Source: Tubiluchus corallicola
Lineage: Eukaryota; Animalia; Priapulida
Reading direction: 5' to 3'
NCBI GenBank assembly: GCA_030141605.1
Contig: JAQGDQ010000874.1
Coordinates: 21,868 to 85,867 of the forward strand
Length of the DNA stretch: 64,000 nucleotides
Part shown: positions 31,501-46,134 of the stretch, one piece after another
Layout: the number at the start of each line of letters is the position of its first letter
How positions within the stretch are numbered: the first letter of the stretch is position 1
Made by a program: the position numbers and the translations under genes
Notes under the pieces: model-generated
The model's input: only the letters and a program-made list of their open reading frames with translations
The model's database searches: none
What the model was told of the DNA's origin: nothing

Positions 31501-34500
31501 CAGCTGAGCTCCAGCTGGTTTACTTCTGCAGCCAACCTTACTTCTATAGCCAATAGGAAACCCAGCTTTAGTCACGCCAGTTACTCAGTGATAGGTGCAG
31601 CGCTAACTGGTTTACTGTGTGTGAGTCAGCTGATGTAGTAGCAACTGACTCAGCTTCAACCGAGCTAGCTGATTTACTGTGTGAGTCAGCTGATGTAGTA
31701 GCAAGTTACTCAGCTTCAGCCGAGCTAGCTGATTCACTGTGTGAGTCAGCTGATGTAGTAGCAACTGACTCCGCTTCAACCGAGCTAGCTGATTTACTGT
31801 GTGAGTCAACTGATGTAGTAGCAACTGACTCAGCTTCAGCCGAGCTAGCTGATTTACTGTGTGAGTCAGCTGATGTAGTAGCAACTGGCTCAGCTTCAGC
31901 CGAGCTAGCTGATTTACTGTGTGAGTCAGCTGATGTAGTAGCAACTGACTCAGCTTCAACCGAGCTACCTGATTTACTGTATGAGTCAGGTGATGTAGTA
32001 GCAACTGACTCCGCTTCAGCCGAGCTAGCTGATTTACTGTGAGAGTCAGCTGATGTAGTAGCAACTGACTCCGCTTCAGCTGTGCTAGCTGATTTACTGT
32101 GTGAGTCAGCTGATGTAGTAGCAACTGACTCCGCTTCAGCCGAGCTAGCTGATTTACTGTGTGAGCCAGCTGATGTAATAGCAACTGACTCAGCTTCAGC
32201 CGAGCTAGCTGATTTACTGTGTGAGTCAGCTGATGTAGTAGCAACTGACTCCGCTTCAGCCGAGCTAGCTGATTTACTGTGTGAGCCAGCTGATGTAATA
32301 GCAACTGACTCAGCTTCAACCGAGCTAGCTGATTTACTGTGAGTCAGCTGATGAGTAGCAACTGATTCAGCTTCAGTCGAGCTAGCTGATTTACTGTGTG
32401 AGTCAGCTGATGTAGTAGCAACTGACTCAACTTCAGCCGAGCAACTGACTCCGCTTCAGCCGAGCTAGCTGATTTACTGTGTGTGAGTCAGCTGATGTAG
32501 TGGCAAGTTACTCAGCTTCAGCCGTGCTAGCTGATTTACTGTGTGAGTCAACTGATGTAGTAGCAAGTGACTCAGCTTCAGCCGAGCTAGCTGATTTACT
32601 GTGTGAGTCAGCTGATGTAGTAGCAAGTGACTCAGCTTCAGCCGAGCTAGCTGATTTACTGTGTGAGTCAGCTGATGTAGTAGCAACTGACTCAGCTTCA
32701 GCCGAACTAGCTGATTTACTGTGTGAGTCAGCTGATGTAGTAGCAACTGACTCAGCTTCAGCCGAACTAGCTGATTTACTGTGTGTGAGTCAGCTGATGT
32801 AGTAGCAACTGACTCACCTTCAGACCCCAGACACTTTTAATAAGAACCACTATTCCTTTGATCATACTTCCTAATCCAAAAGAACCATACCTCATTTTTG
32901 CTCTCAGAGTGAAACGTCGAGAACTCAGTTTTTGTAGCATCACTATCTCTTTCTGCAAAGACAAGATGAGAGTCATTCAAAATTTCAAGACGAATCAACA
33001 AAGTAATATTTAATATAAAATATCTAATATCGCAGCAGCTAAAACACACACTTAAATGTCTCATAAAAATATTGTTAAAACAGAATTGTTTTTGATAAAA
33101 CCCTGCAGTTGAAAGTTAGAACTCTACATGGGAATAATGCATGATGCATATTGTCTGTGTTTCCATGATCCGTGAATGCTATGCGTATTAAAGGAAGACA
33201 GGACGATTTTTCATATACTAGTCCATTTTCAAGTCCGATAAATACATTTTAACACAAATAATACAGCAAAAGCCTTTCTGATAATTAAATAATAGATTAA
33301 AATCTTTATTAATGCGCGTCGGGCGAGCCTAACTGTTGATGACATCACAAACTAACATAATTTTCAACAGTAAAAATACTTCACGAGCGTGTTGCACGTG
33401 TTTGCAAAAGCGAAAACTGAAGTACAGTCCTACTGTAACATATTCAGTGTGTTGTACTAAAACTAGACAACTTTTAAGATAAAAATTCAAATTTCAAATT
33501 TACTGCTGTGCCCGTGCATGAGCTGTCGAGCGCGTGCAGGTCATCACAAACTAACACATCTGAACTGAGTGGTACAGCACCTGTTTTTTGTGCAATGCGC
33601 TACCGAAATGCAGGTGCTAGTGCCCGTCTAACTAGCAAATGGCGAAATGCATGTAACAGGGAAGAACTAGTGGCGCGAACGTGAAATTGTGCTTGTGCGG
33701 TAATAATTTGGAATGGTGGATGAATGGTTCTTTCACGTTAGTAATTTTTGAAATAACAGTTTCCTTTCAATATTTTAAAGAGCAGATTGTTTTAATCTAC
33801 AGTTTAAGGATGGGTTAGGTTTTGCTTTAAAAATACAATGGGGCCATTCACTGTACTTTTACCCACATACAGTCTAGCCTCGTTATCTCGCCCCTCGTTA
33901 TGCCGCCAAGCTCGTCTCTCGCCATAGAAAGTACCAGGACGGATTTCCTGCTTTGACATTTACCTCGTTAAGTCGCCACCCTCGCTTCTCGCCCTCGCCA
34001 CGTCATGCTAGGATGGGTGCTTATGTAAACTACATTCGTTATGCCGCCAAACTCGTCTCTCGCCATAGAAAGTACCAGGACGGATTTCCTGCTTTGATAT
34101 TTACCTCGTTAAGTCGCCACCCTCACTTCTCGCCCTCGCCACGTCATGCTAGGATGAGTGCTTATGTAAACTATATTCGTTATGTCGCGAAACAGACAAA
34201 CTCAGAGGTGAATCGATCAATATAACCGCGGTATGTAGACAATGCTGCTGTACTCGATAGACAGACATCATTACTCTAGTGTGTGTCTCACCAGGATTAG
34301 ATTAGGAGTGCTGTGGTTGGTTAATGTGCAGAGAAACTAAAGTATCACCGATATCCTTACTCTATAACACTATAATGCTAAGTTTATTGCATTTAAGTGT
34401 ATACTCGAAAAAGGTTTTTTAAATAAAAAAGTAACATTCTAAGATTATTTTTATGACATTTTTTCATTTCTGATTTAATGTTGATTGGTATCATAATGCG

Positions 34501-36862
34501 AAATATATTTTATATGTACATAGAGGAACACTATGTTAATCAACTATTATGCATATACATATAGACTAATTTCGTTATATTCCCGTTATCTCGCCATACT
34601 CGCCTCTCGCCAAAAATTTGCCCTAGACGGACAGTGGCTAGATAACGGGAATAAACTGTACATCACGTGCATGTAGAGTGGTACCTTTGGTTGTTAAGAC
34701 ACGTTCAGAAGGTAAAGATTGAAGTCGTCTAACCGATCTAGCAGGCAAGACTTTGCTGCTTGTTTCTCTCACCATTTCTGATGAAAATGCATCCACATCG
34801 TTACTTTCATTCGCTATTTTATCACTAGATGGCGAAAACGTCTTGTCGAATTCCCAGTCGATGCTGTCGACTGTCGAATTGCCATGGGTACCAATGCTAG
34901 ACAAAGCGCGCTTCTTTTTTATGTCGTCGGGTGTCAGCACCATATCGCAGGGCGTGAAACAACGCATGCGTTTCACCGGCCGGGGCTGGAAATTCCCCGG
35001 ACTGGTAAGACTAAACACAGAATCGCTTTCGTCAGCCGTGCGGGATTCAAAGCTTGTCGGAGAAGATAAAACAAAGTCATTTGCGGGTACTTCTAAAAGA
35101 ACGGAACTAGTTCTCACTGTACCACGGCACTTGTTTCTCGTGTTCGCTGCGGAATTTTCCCTGTTAACACTTGAATGTCTCAAACACATTTCAGTAAATA
35201 TTCCGCTAACTCCAGTGTGCTGATCTACGGGTGACTTGTCTATGCAGGCAAAGCTACGTTTCTTTCCAGCCTTTTTGTCATTTGCGTGTTTGTCATTTGC
35301 ATAATTGTCATTTGCATGTTTGTGGTTTTCATATTCGTCATTTGCATGTTTGTCATTTCCATATTTGTCATTTGCATGTTTTTCATTTACATTTTTGTCG
35401 TTTTCATATTTGTCAATTGCATGTTTGTCATTTTCATGTTTGTCATTTTGATGTTTGTCATTTGCATGTTTGTCATTTGCATGTTTGTCAATTGCATGTT
35501 TGTCATTTGCATGTTTGTCATTTCCACATATGTCATTTGCATTTTTGTCATTTGCATGTTTGTCATTTGCACGATTGTCAATTGCATGTTTGTCATTTCC
35601 ACATTTGTCAATTGCATGTTTGTCATTTGCATGTTTGTCATTGACACGTTCGGACGGCTCTACACCTTTGACAGAGTCGCCAGCAAATGACCCCACGTTA
35701 CGCGGGGAATGTTTACGTAATATCTCAAACGAGTTATCGGCATTTCTTTGCATCATTCGCAAATTTACCGCGGAGTACGATTCATCTATTTGCTCTTTTG
35801 CACGATAAAGCTGCGGCGTTTCCACTATACCGAGCTTTGGAGAACGAAACTTATAGCCCAGTAGTGAACTGTCGATACTGTTATTGACATCTTGACCGGC
35901 CGTGTCGTCTACGAACGACGAACTGTCGTTAATTTTACTAGAATTCCAACTGACGTTCTCGCAATCTTCACCAACCGACAACCCGTCGTCTTCTCTAGAC
36001 GTGTTACGGCTTCTAGATTCGTTTCCCTCTTCCAAGAAAGAGGGCGATTTAAACACGATATGTTTGCTGACCGCGTCTTTGCTACTCTGCGTCTGCTGCG
36101 CTGATATGGACAGAGGTTGTAAGTACTGAGAGTCGACACTCATAGGTGAACATGCCGACGTCTCTCCAGACACCAGAGACACATCCATGGAACAAACTGA
36201 TAAAGAACGGTTTTCTTTTTCAGGCAAATGATCTTTCACTGTTTGTGTTGAATTCTGTAAATAAAGATTAAGATTAAGAATAAGATTAAGATTAAGGTTG
36301 TTTATTTTTAAGTTTTACTGTACAAGAGAGACATCATAATAATTTTCACAATTTATAAACTAATAACAGCAACAACAACAACAACAACAACAGCAGCAAC
36401 AAGATTAAGGTTGTTTATCTTTAAGTTTTACTGTACAAGAGAGACGTGATAATAATTTCCATAATTTACAAACTAACAACAGCAACAGCAACAGCAACAG
36501 CAACAACAACAACAACAACTTCAACAACAACAACAACAACAACAACAAGTACCCTACCTGGTGTTCAACAGAAAAGTTAATTATATCCAGAAACGTCGGC
36601 GAAAAGACCAAATGGTCAGCTAAGTCAACCACCCCTATTTACAGAGCTAATATCTTTTGTACAAGGCTGGATTAGAGTTCATTTATAACATTATTGATTT
36701 TAGAAATTCCTTCATTGAAGTTCATTTTAGCATAATAAAGAAAAATAATACAGAAGTTATTCATGTTATGATGGATAATTAAGTAAAGCAAAAACAAAAT
36801 TAAATAATATAACATAATAATAATAATAATAATAGTAATAATAATAATAACGTAATAATAGC

Positions 36863-36897
<35 letters not shown>

Positions 36898-39800
36898 TAA
36901 TAATAAATATAATATGATGATGTTGATGACAATGATGATGTTGATGATGATGATGATGTTGAAGACAATGATGATGATGATGATGATGATGTCGATGATG
37001 TTGATGATGTTGAAGACAATGATGATGATGATGATGTCGATGATGTTGATGATGTTGAAGACAATGATGATGATGATGATGATGATGATGTCGATGATGT
37101 TGATGACAATGATGATGATGATGATAATGATGATGTTGATGATGATGTTGATGATGATAATGATGATGTTGATGATGATGATGTTGATGACAATGATGAT
37201 GATGATGATGATGATGTTGATGATGATAATGATGATGTTGATGATGGTGACGATAATGATGATGATGATGATGATGACGATGATAATAATAACATGACTT
37301 ATCAGCACAATAATTGTGAAAGTAAATACTTGCACAAAACTCAAATTTGTACAATGACAAAGAAAGAACAAAAGAAAATCAAAAAACTCATCAAGGTGGC
37401 AAGTCAAAATAGATAAAGAAGTAAATTAAAAACAGTGCAAGACATTTGACATTGATAAATGATAATTCCACTCAATATATGTAAAGTACTTTCAGTCTGG
37501 ACGGTAAACAAATAAACAAAGAGAGCTATAAAATGGATAAACAGTAATTGAATGTAGCCCAAACTTTTCTATATAAAATCTATTGTATATATATAATCTA
37601 TGTATTACTAAGGTAATAAATGTTGTATCAAAAAAACACTTACAAATGCTAAGTGACTAGTAAGGGAGAGCACTTGTCCAGGCGTCCGAAAATTCGAGTT
37701 TCCGGAGTAAGTAACAGATGGCGTTCCCATCACGTCCATCGCAGCAAGCTCTGTAAAAACAAAAATGAAAATTTGAAAGCAAGAAAACTGACTGAATTAG
37801 ACACTTTTCAAAGCAACTGACTAAAGAAAATAGACTTATTACAATGAATGTTATCGATAATATCGAGCTAAAGTAGAGGGCGCTGCAGTGCTATACACGA
37901 GTCGCCATAACGACAATAACAACAACTGAGGTAATAAAGAACTTACGCCTGTTAAGAGATGTTTTGGACAATCCAAAATCTGTGAGCTTCACGTGACCCG
38001 TCTCTGAAATAAGCATGTTGTCTGGCTTCAAATCTCTACATACAGAAGAAAGTTAATTAGAAAACCATCGGCGAAAAACAAAAAAATTCTAAATAGTGTA
38101 ATCTGTACATTATGGTACGGTGCGTTGTGTCAAAATTTTGGGGTTAGCTCGAGTTACTGCCGAGTTAGCGGAATTCAAGAATGATAGGTACCATTTTTTA
38201 TGCATATCTTCGGGTGCCATGTTGGATTTCAAAATGGCCACCACTAACATTTAAAAATTAAGCTTGTTGTCTCCCGAGTTAGCTAAATTCAAGAATGATA
38301 AGTACCATTTTTTATGCATATCTTCAGCTGCCATTTTGGATTTCAAAATGGCCACCACTAACATTTAAAAATTAAGCTTGTTGCCGAGTTACTCATAGGA
38401 CGTTAAGCTCTGTTCAATGTTATTAAATGTTAAAAATTTAAAAGTTAAATCCTAATTTTTAAATATTAATGGCAGCCATTTTGGTATCAAAAATGGCACC
38501 TGAAGCTGTGCACAAAAAAAGGATACCTATCATTTTTTAATTCAGCGCCCCCAATTGACATTAACTAACCGAAAAAATCAATTTTGGCACAAAAATCGAA
38601 TTGAGTACATAAAGGCCCATGCTATTATCAGTAAACTAGTGTATGTGCAATGATGCAATCACAGATAACATTAGTCCCTTGACATCAAATAATATGAAAT
38701 AATAATATGAAAAACCATCATCAAAGCCTATTTCTCTTTGCCAATTACAGTAAGTCCTCGCTCAACAACGACCCGTTTAGTGACGTTTCGTTTAACGACG
38801 CTGAACATTTGACACCTTTTTTCACTTAACGACTAGGGGTGAGCATCGAACGTTCAAGTTCGATTCGAACGAGTTTTTTTAGTTCGAACTCGATTCGAAT
38901 CCAAAACTATAGATTCGAATAATTCAGCACTTCAATCACATATGTTCCTGATCACTAAAACGAGTGAAACATCATGCAATTAGCATAATTTAGCTGTGAT
39001 TTCTCTGCACAATTTTAAAGAAATTACTAGTCGTTTTATTGCAGAACAAAATCTAGTGATATGCATGATCTTTGTGAGACTAATTTTTACTGGTGGTTCG
39101 AAAACTTGTTCGAAAATAATTCAACCTCAATTCGAATTTGGTTCGCATTCGAAACACTGAAGTTCGGTTTGATTCGAATTCGAGAGTCACAAATTCGGTT
39201 CGATTCGAATTCGCTTTCTGGTAGAGAATGCTCACCCCTATTAACGACACAGCATTTCGTTTTAACGACGATTCTTTTGCTTTGCAGAAAGCCAATTTTC
39301 ATGTTATCAACAATTTGTTTATTTAATTTGATGCCTGAAAACAGTACGTATTGCATTATTCTGTTCTAAAAATGTACTAGTAATGTAAGTACTGCAATTA
39401 TTATATAAGTGCTTTACTGACCGACTGACCACTAGTGTTAGCAGTTCGTATCAAGCCTTTAGCCTATTACATTTGTCTGGTGTACACAAGCGTGAACGTA
39501 CACACTATTTTACTGATCACCTGCTTACTATAGCCCGAGAGGACTGTCTGATGTACAGAGTTCCAGAGAAAATACAACCGATAGGCCAAATAAAAATTAA
39601 GATCATTTCATCTTTTAACAGGAATTTCTCCTTAAAAATAGAGAAGACACAAGGTCAAAGTTTGTGTCTGGATAGTTGAAATTTTCTACATTAGCCGATT
39701 TCACACAAGTGACGCTGTACATTGTTACAGTGCAAACACTGCAGTTACTAAAAACATTTTATAATTTTATAGTCAAAAATCGATTTTTAAATTGTCTAAG

Positions 39801-41668
39801 GTAAGCAAATGCATTTCATATATAATTATGCATGAAAGTTCATTGTATGAGGAGTAGAAACTTACAAAATTTATTAAATATAACGTAATCACTGCTCAGT
39901 GAGAGCAGTTTTTCATGAACCCACGCAAAGTGCAGCAAATGTTAACGGTCTCGAAGGAGTTAATAAAACAGATTACACGTTTAAAGTTTAGTAATCTGAC
40001 TTTGAATTCTGTTATTTACTAATAGCACCAAATATTACAGTTGGGAACAGACAACTGCAATAACATGCAAAGAATTTGTGTGGCTGCATAGCAAAATTGT
40101 TCGAAAGGCGGTAAATAAACTTTCTAGTTATTCACGTATCCTGAGTCTAGATTTCATGAGGATCATTTTGATACCAAGTTCATCACTCTACGTTATTTCT
40201 AAGCTGAGATAATCCATGTTGAAGTTGAGGTGCAGGCTGCACATTGAAAAACATAATCTTGAGAAAATCACTGTTAAAGTTAGTCATTGTTTTTTGTCAC
40301 ATTTCTACAAAACACTTAGCTACCGTGCAAATTTTGGTTGCTACAGACTTTGCAAGAACACATTGAAGTTATGTTTAAATCCACAAGATGGCTCTTCCTG
40401 ATGAAGATCTGGATTTGGCAACAGAAAAAATGTTTACGGTCGTGAAGAAGTCAATACGCATAAATACCTGTGAATGATACCATGAGAATGGAGGTAGTCG
40501 AGAGCAAGCGCCACCTCGGCCGCATACATCGTAGCCATGGCTTCGTCAAAGAAGCCGTACACTGTGAGCAAGGATTTCAAATCTCCACCGATCATGTATT
40601 CCATCACCTAGTAGCAGAAAAAATGATTTTCCACAAAATTATTCAATCATATTTACACTTAATCACAAGTTTTGGATAGTGCTGCCACCTTCAGGTGTTT
40701 TTGTTAAAATTATTCAATCATATTTACACTTAATCACAGCAGCAACTACAAACTCTGGACAGAGGAAAATCATTTTAATTACTCTAAATTTAAATTTATG
40801 TTGTATTGTCATCATACTTTTGCATAATTTAAAATACCCAACTATCAAGGATACATGATACCTAATTGTCTCAAACACGCCTAAGTACTGGCCGCTCCTA
40901 TGCAAAAGTATATAAAAACTGTCTGCAATTGACTCAAATAACTCCACACAATTGATTCTATATTTTTATACATAGAGATATACACGTGGTTACACTGATG
41001 TACGTGATGTAAACAAAGTGACGGCCTGCCAACTAGCAGTCAGCTTGTGAAATAATGTACTGGGTCCGTAAAAATTTTCTCAATGAATTTACGTGATTTA
41101 CAAAAATGGCACTACTGGTCTTCCAAAAACTCGGAATTCCGCGTATCCGCGGAAAATTCTCATCCCTGCTTTCACCTTTTCACGATCATCATCAATCGCT
41201 GGAACTGTGAAAAGACTGTAACTGAATCAAATACTCTGATTGCAAAAATCGCAGTACTTACCAGAAAAATATGCTTCTCTGTCTGCAATGAATAGTACAG
41301 CTTAACAATGAATGGACTGGTAGACAAGGCGAGAGCGTCTCTTTCTGCTTTAACTGAAAATTACAACAAAAATGGCTGATTTACAAAAACACTAGACAAG
41401 CTTTACTATCCTTTGACCAGACGGTTTAGTCTAGTGGTAATGCGTCTGCTTTCCGTCTGGGAGGTCGTGAGTTCGAACCAGCGGCCGGGTCATACAAAAG
41501 ACTTTAAAAATGGTACCTGCTGTTGCCCTGCCTGACGCGTGGTATTTAGGGTAAAAGTGGGGTAATAATAGTCTCTGTTATGAAGTTGTAGGTTGTTATT
41601 TACAGTCGGCGATAATAGCTCTTTGAGCTAATACTAATTGTTGACCCAAAAGCCGACTTTAAATAAAG

Positions 41669-41715
<47 letters not shown>

Positions 41716-44700
41716 GTGCAACTACATGTGCTTGTAAGTGTAATGCAGCATTATAAGTGCAATAATTTGCCGCATACTAAATCATACGAAAGATTTAAAA
41801 TCGTGACTTGGTGAATTTGCAACAAAGGCAGCCTAAATCTCATCAATTATCTAATTTTTACTTTTAAACATTTACAACCACCTGATCAGACAAGGACAAA
41901 TTAAGATCATTTCATCTTTTAATAGGAATTTCTCCTTAAATATAGAGTAGACTTGAGGTCAAAGTTTATCAGAGTGTTGAGTCTGGATAGTTGAAATTTT
42001 CTGCATTAGCCGATTTCACACAAGAGATACTGTACTTTGTTATAATGCAAACACTGCAGTTACTGAAAGTTTTTTCAATTTTTTTTGTCAAAAAAATTGA
42101 TTTTTAAGTTGTCTAAGGTAAGCAAATGCATTGCATATATAATTTTGCATTAACATTCATTGTGTGAGGAGTAGAAACAATGATAATATATATAATGTCA
42201 CTGCAGCTTAGTGAGAGCAGTTTTTCATAAACCCATGCAAAATGCTGAAAACATTTACGGTCCTGAAGAAGTTAACCCTTTCAGTCCCAAATTATTTTTT
42301 AATAAGAAACATTTTTTTGGCTTGGTACTTTTGTTCAGTATGTCCATCTTGTTTACACATAATAATTATTTTTTTTCTACCTGTGCCCGCGTGCTAAATA
42401 TAGGATGTATCCCACGGGATACATTGGGATTCAATGGAAGCATAAAATGTGCTTCATTTTGCAACTGCTGATAATTTTTTAAAGTATTTAAGACATTTAG
42501 TATGCATGCTATGCTGATCTGTACAAAGTCGTCTCTAAAGTACTGTACCTTGCACAGTTTTTTATGCTATGTAGATTTTCTAGTTTGCCATTTTATCACC
42601 ATTTTTAGTCTATTGTTATTGACTTAAATTAAAATAACTATTAACAGATCAAATAACTGTCAGTTTTAAAATTTTATTAATTTTAAAGGCAGAAAATATT
42701 CTCGTATCCCACGGGATACAACGGGTACGAAAGGGTTAAAGGAAAACAGGACCCATTCTTAAGCTATAGCTCAAAACAATCTAATATATGAAATATTAAA
42801 AAAACAAAGAATATACTATTGTTTAAAAAATGACCTAAGTGAAAGGCTAATTACCAAACAAACACAATTTCACATTCACACCATTAGTTCTTCACTGTTA
42901 CATACATTTCACCATTCTCTAGTAAGACAAACACTAGCTTCTGCATCTCAGAAATGCAACTGCACAAAAACAGATGCTGTACCTCGCAATTCAGATGTGC
43001 TAGTTTGTGATGAACTACACACGTTCGACAGCTCATGCGTGAGTACAGCAATTTGAAATTGAATTTTTATTGTAAAACTTGCCTAGTTTTAGTACAACAC
43101 ACTGAATATCTTACAGCAGCACTGTACTTCAATTTTTGTCTTCGCAAACACGTGCAACACGCTCATGGAATGTTTTTGCTGTTGAAAATTATGTTAGTTT
43201 GTGATGTCATCAACAGCTGGACTCGGCCGCCGTTAATTAAATTTTTAACCTATTATTTTATTACTAGGCATTATTACTGGTGTTAAAATGTATACTTCTT
43301 ACCGTAAGGACATGAAAAATCAATCTATTTCCCTTTAAGCACAAAAACGCACGCGCACACGCACCTTGACTAACCATGTTCTTGTTCACCATTTCTTCTT
43401 TCTTCATGATCTTAACGGCAAAAATTTGCTTCTCGTTTGTTTTCTTGCAGCCGAGAAACACTTTCCTAGAAAAAAAGAGATCATTCAACTTGTTGCTCAA
43501 CAGATTGACAGGAATGAGAATGACAAATTGCAAAAAATTCTGAAACAGACCGGGGGTTTTCGGGCCACCTAGGCCCCCAATGGGGTTGAGGAGCAAAGTC
43601 CCCATGGAGGTTCAAGGGGGCGAAGCAACAAATTGCAATTTTGTGACCATAGAGAGCCTCTAAGTGGACTTAAAGTATCAATTACCTTGTTTCATGCATA
43701 ATTTAAAATACCCAACTATCAAGGATACATGATACCTAATTGTCTCAAAAACGCCCAAGTACTGACCGCTCCTATGCAAAAGTATATAAAAACTGTCTGC
43801 AATTGACTCAAATAACTCCGCACAATTGATTCTATATTTTTATACATAGAGATATACACGTGGTCACACTGATGTACGTGATGTAAACAAAGTGACGACC
43901 TGCCAACTAGCGGTCAACTTGTGAAATAATGTACTGGGTCCGTAAAAATTTTCTCAACGAATTTACGAGATTTACAAAAATGGCACTACTGGTCTTCCAG
44001 AAACTCGGAATTACATGTATCCGCGGAAAATTCTCATTCCTGGATTAAGAAAGCGAAGAAACATTCTCATCACTCAAAGGAAAACCGGACGATTGATTAG
44101 GCTCAATCTCATTTTCATTTACTGTGGAAAAAATACATTTTCCTGCCTATAAAAGTTGGCAATTGTTTCTAATATTTGAATGATTAGATTGAAAAGTCTA
44201 ACGGCAACCAAACACAGCTATCGCTTACATCACAAACTAACCACAGTTTGTGCAATGGTGGGCATCTTTCCTGGTCGTCAAGCACGTTTCAGTAAGCAAA
44301 GTCTGCTATAGGATGCTGTTATGACGTCACGAAAACGGGATCTACGCACTGACGACACAGACAAACACTACAGCTCATGATCACTCCTATCACGGTACCG
44401 CGCATATTTTGTCGGTCGTGTGAATGTGACAAAAAGGTGCCATTGCCAGTCTTAGTGGATTCGCTGACCTGTGCACAGCTTTGAAAGTTTAGCAAAACTT
44501 AACTATCCGAGCTAATCATTATTTAATCTAAACTTTGATTCAAAAAACTGCTGTCATAGTTTTCAATATTTTAAAGCATATTTTATTTTGAATTAATGCT
44601 TACGCAACTGTAAGGTTTTCAGTTCAGCATATTACCGTATATACTCGCATATAAGCCGAATTTAGAACTATAAAATACAATACTGAAATCAGGGGGTCGG

Positions 44701-46081
44701 CTTATATGCGCATGAAACAAAATGAACACAAGGACAGACACTAATGCCAATTTTCCAGCCACACATTTTCATCGCTATCTGACTCTTTTTTTGGTTGTGT
44801 GTCACCAGTGGTGTATTGGAGGGGGATCGTGGGGGATCGCCGTCCACCCACTTTTTTTTTGAAAAAATTCAAATTTCAATAAATAGGGTGATCCTTGGAG
44901 TGGTAGTGACAATGATTTTGAAGGTTTCTAATTATTTTTAAGAACACTACGTTAAATTATAAACAGAAATGTTATAATTTTTTGTGAATAAATAGAAAAC
45001 AAAATATTTTCTTCTTTATTCATATCAAAATGTATCATTTCTTCTATTTCTTCTAGTATGTAACATAAAAGTAAGCATTTTACATCTTTATAGTAAAAAA
45101 TTTCTATGAACCAAAAATACCCAATTAACAAAATGTGACAAAAAGGGATCAATTTTGTTGATTGGGTAGGGAGTAAAATTAGACAAGTTGATGGTCGGCT
45201 TATATACGTGTTTTTGCAAAAACTGGCCATTTTAAAGCAGTTTTAGGGGGTCGGCTTATATGCGATGTAGGCTTATATGCGAGTATATACGGTACTTAGT
45301 TACTACCATGTTTATTAGTTTTGTACATACATGAACTGATGCAATACTAGTGCAAAACAGTCACTTATTCTTTTGAATCTTGCAAGGAAAATTTAAATAG
45401 GGGCACCGAGTAACTAATAATTAATATTATATATAATAAGCCTTTCTGCATTTCGTTGTGCACATGCAAAGCAAACCTGTGTGCGCATCAGTTCAGTAAC
45501 TTTAGTTGTTTTACGTGGACTTTGGTTAATTATGCATTAGTTTGTGCATAGAGTAACTTACTAGCAGGATCTTGCTTGGGAACAAGAAAAAATGAACTAG
45601 GTAAGGTTCTAGCTAGCTGTTAAAATTGTTATTATTACAACACCATGGGCTGAGAGGCATCAAGTGTACTCAAATGAGTTGTCTGGTAAATTTAAACTTT
45701 GACCTGTTCACGATCATCATCAATCGCTGGAACTATGAAAAGGCTTATTAAGCATAACAGACTGGATCATATATAACAGTACAAGACTAAATGCAAAACA
45801 ATCTTTCATTTTTGTGTAGATAAATTAGCATGCTACTTAGTAAAATAAATACGCAGCACTTATAATTTACAATATTCCCAAGTTACAGTCGTACTAAATA
45901 CTCACCCAAATGCTCCTCGACTGATTGGTTTTATCAAGCAAAAATCGTCAATGGTAGGAATCTGAATTAAATAACAAAAACAGTAAATTTTTGGCTCCCA
46001 TTTTCACTAATAATTTGAAAAACGTTACAGTGAACGACAGTTAGAACAAATACTAATTAAAATCTATATATTAATTCTACT

Positions 46082-46134
<53 letters not shown>

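Noticed and set aside
23895-32817. Regular 22-, 84- and 60-bp arrays as CRISPR-like arrays
   Set aside because: Units are head-to-tail with no unique spacers, there are no cas genes, and the context is a eukaryotic intron.
31612-32833. 60-bp array as a coding exon ([20 protein letters not shown] or [10 protein letters not shown] repeats), or a 16-nt micro-exon at 32818-32833
   Set aside because: 2-bp indels break the frames and all frames hit stops before a usable donor. MASTL exons 32891-32952 and 26234-26429 already join in phase.
36672-37407. Poly-Met/Ile/His/Ser ORFs
   Set aside because: Translations of a (GAT)n/(AAT)n microsatellite.
41416-41495. Functional tRNA gene
   Set aside because: No clean acceptor stem or cloverleaf, and the sequence continues into a SINE body and tail.
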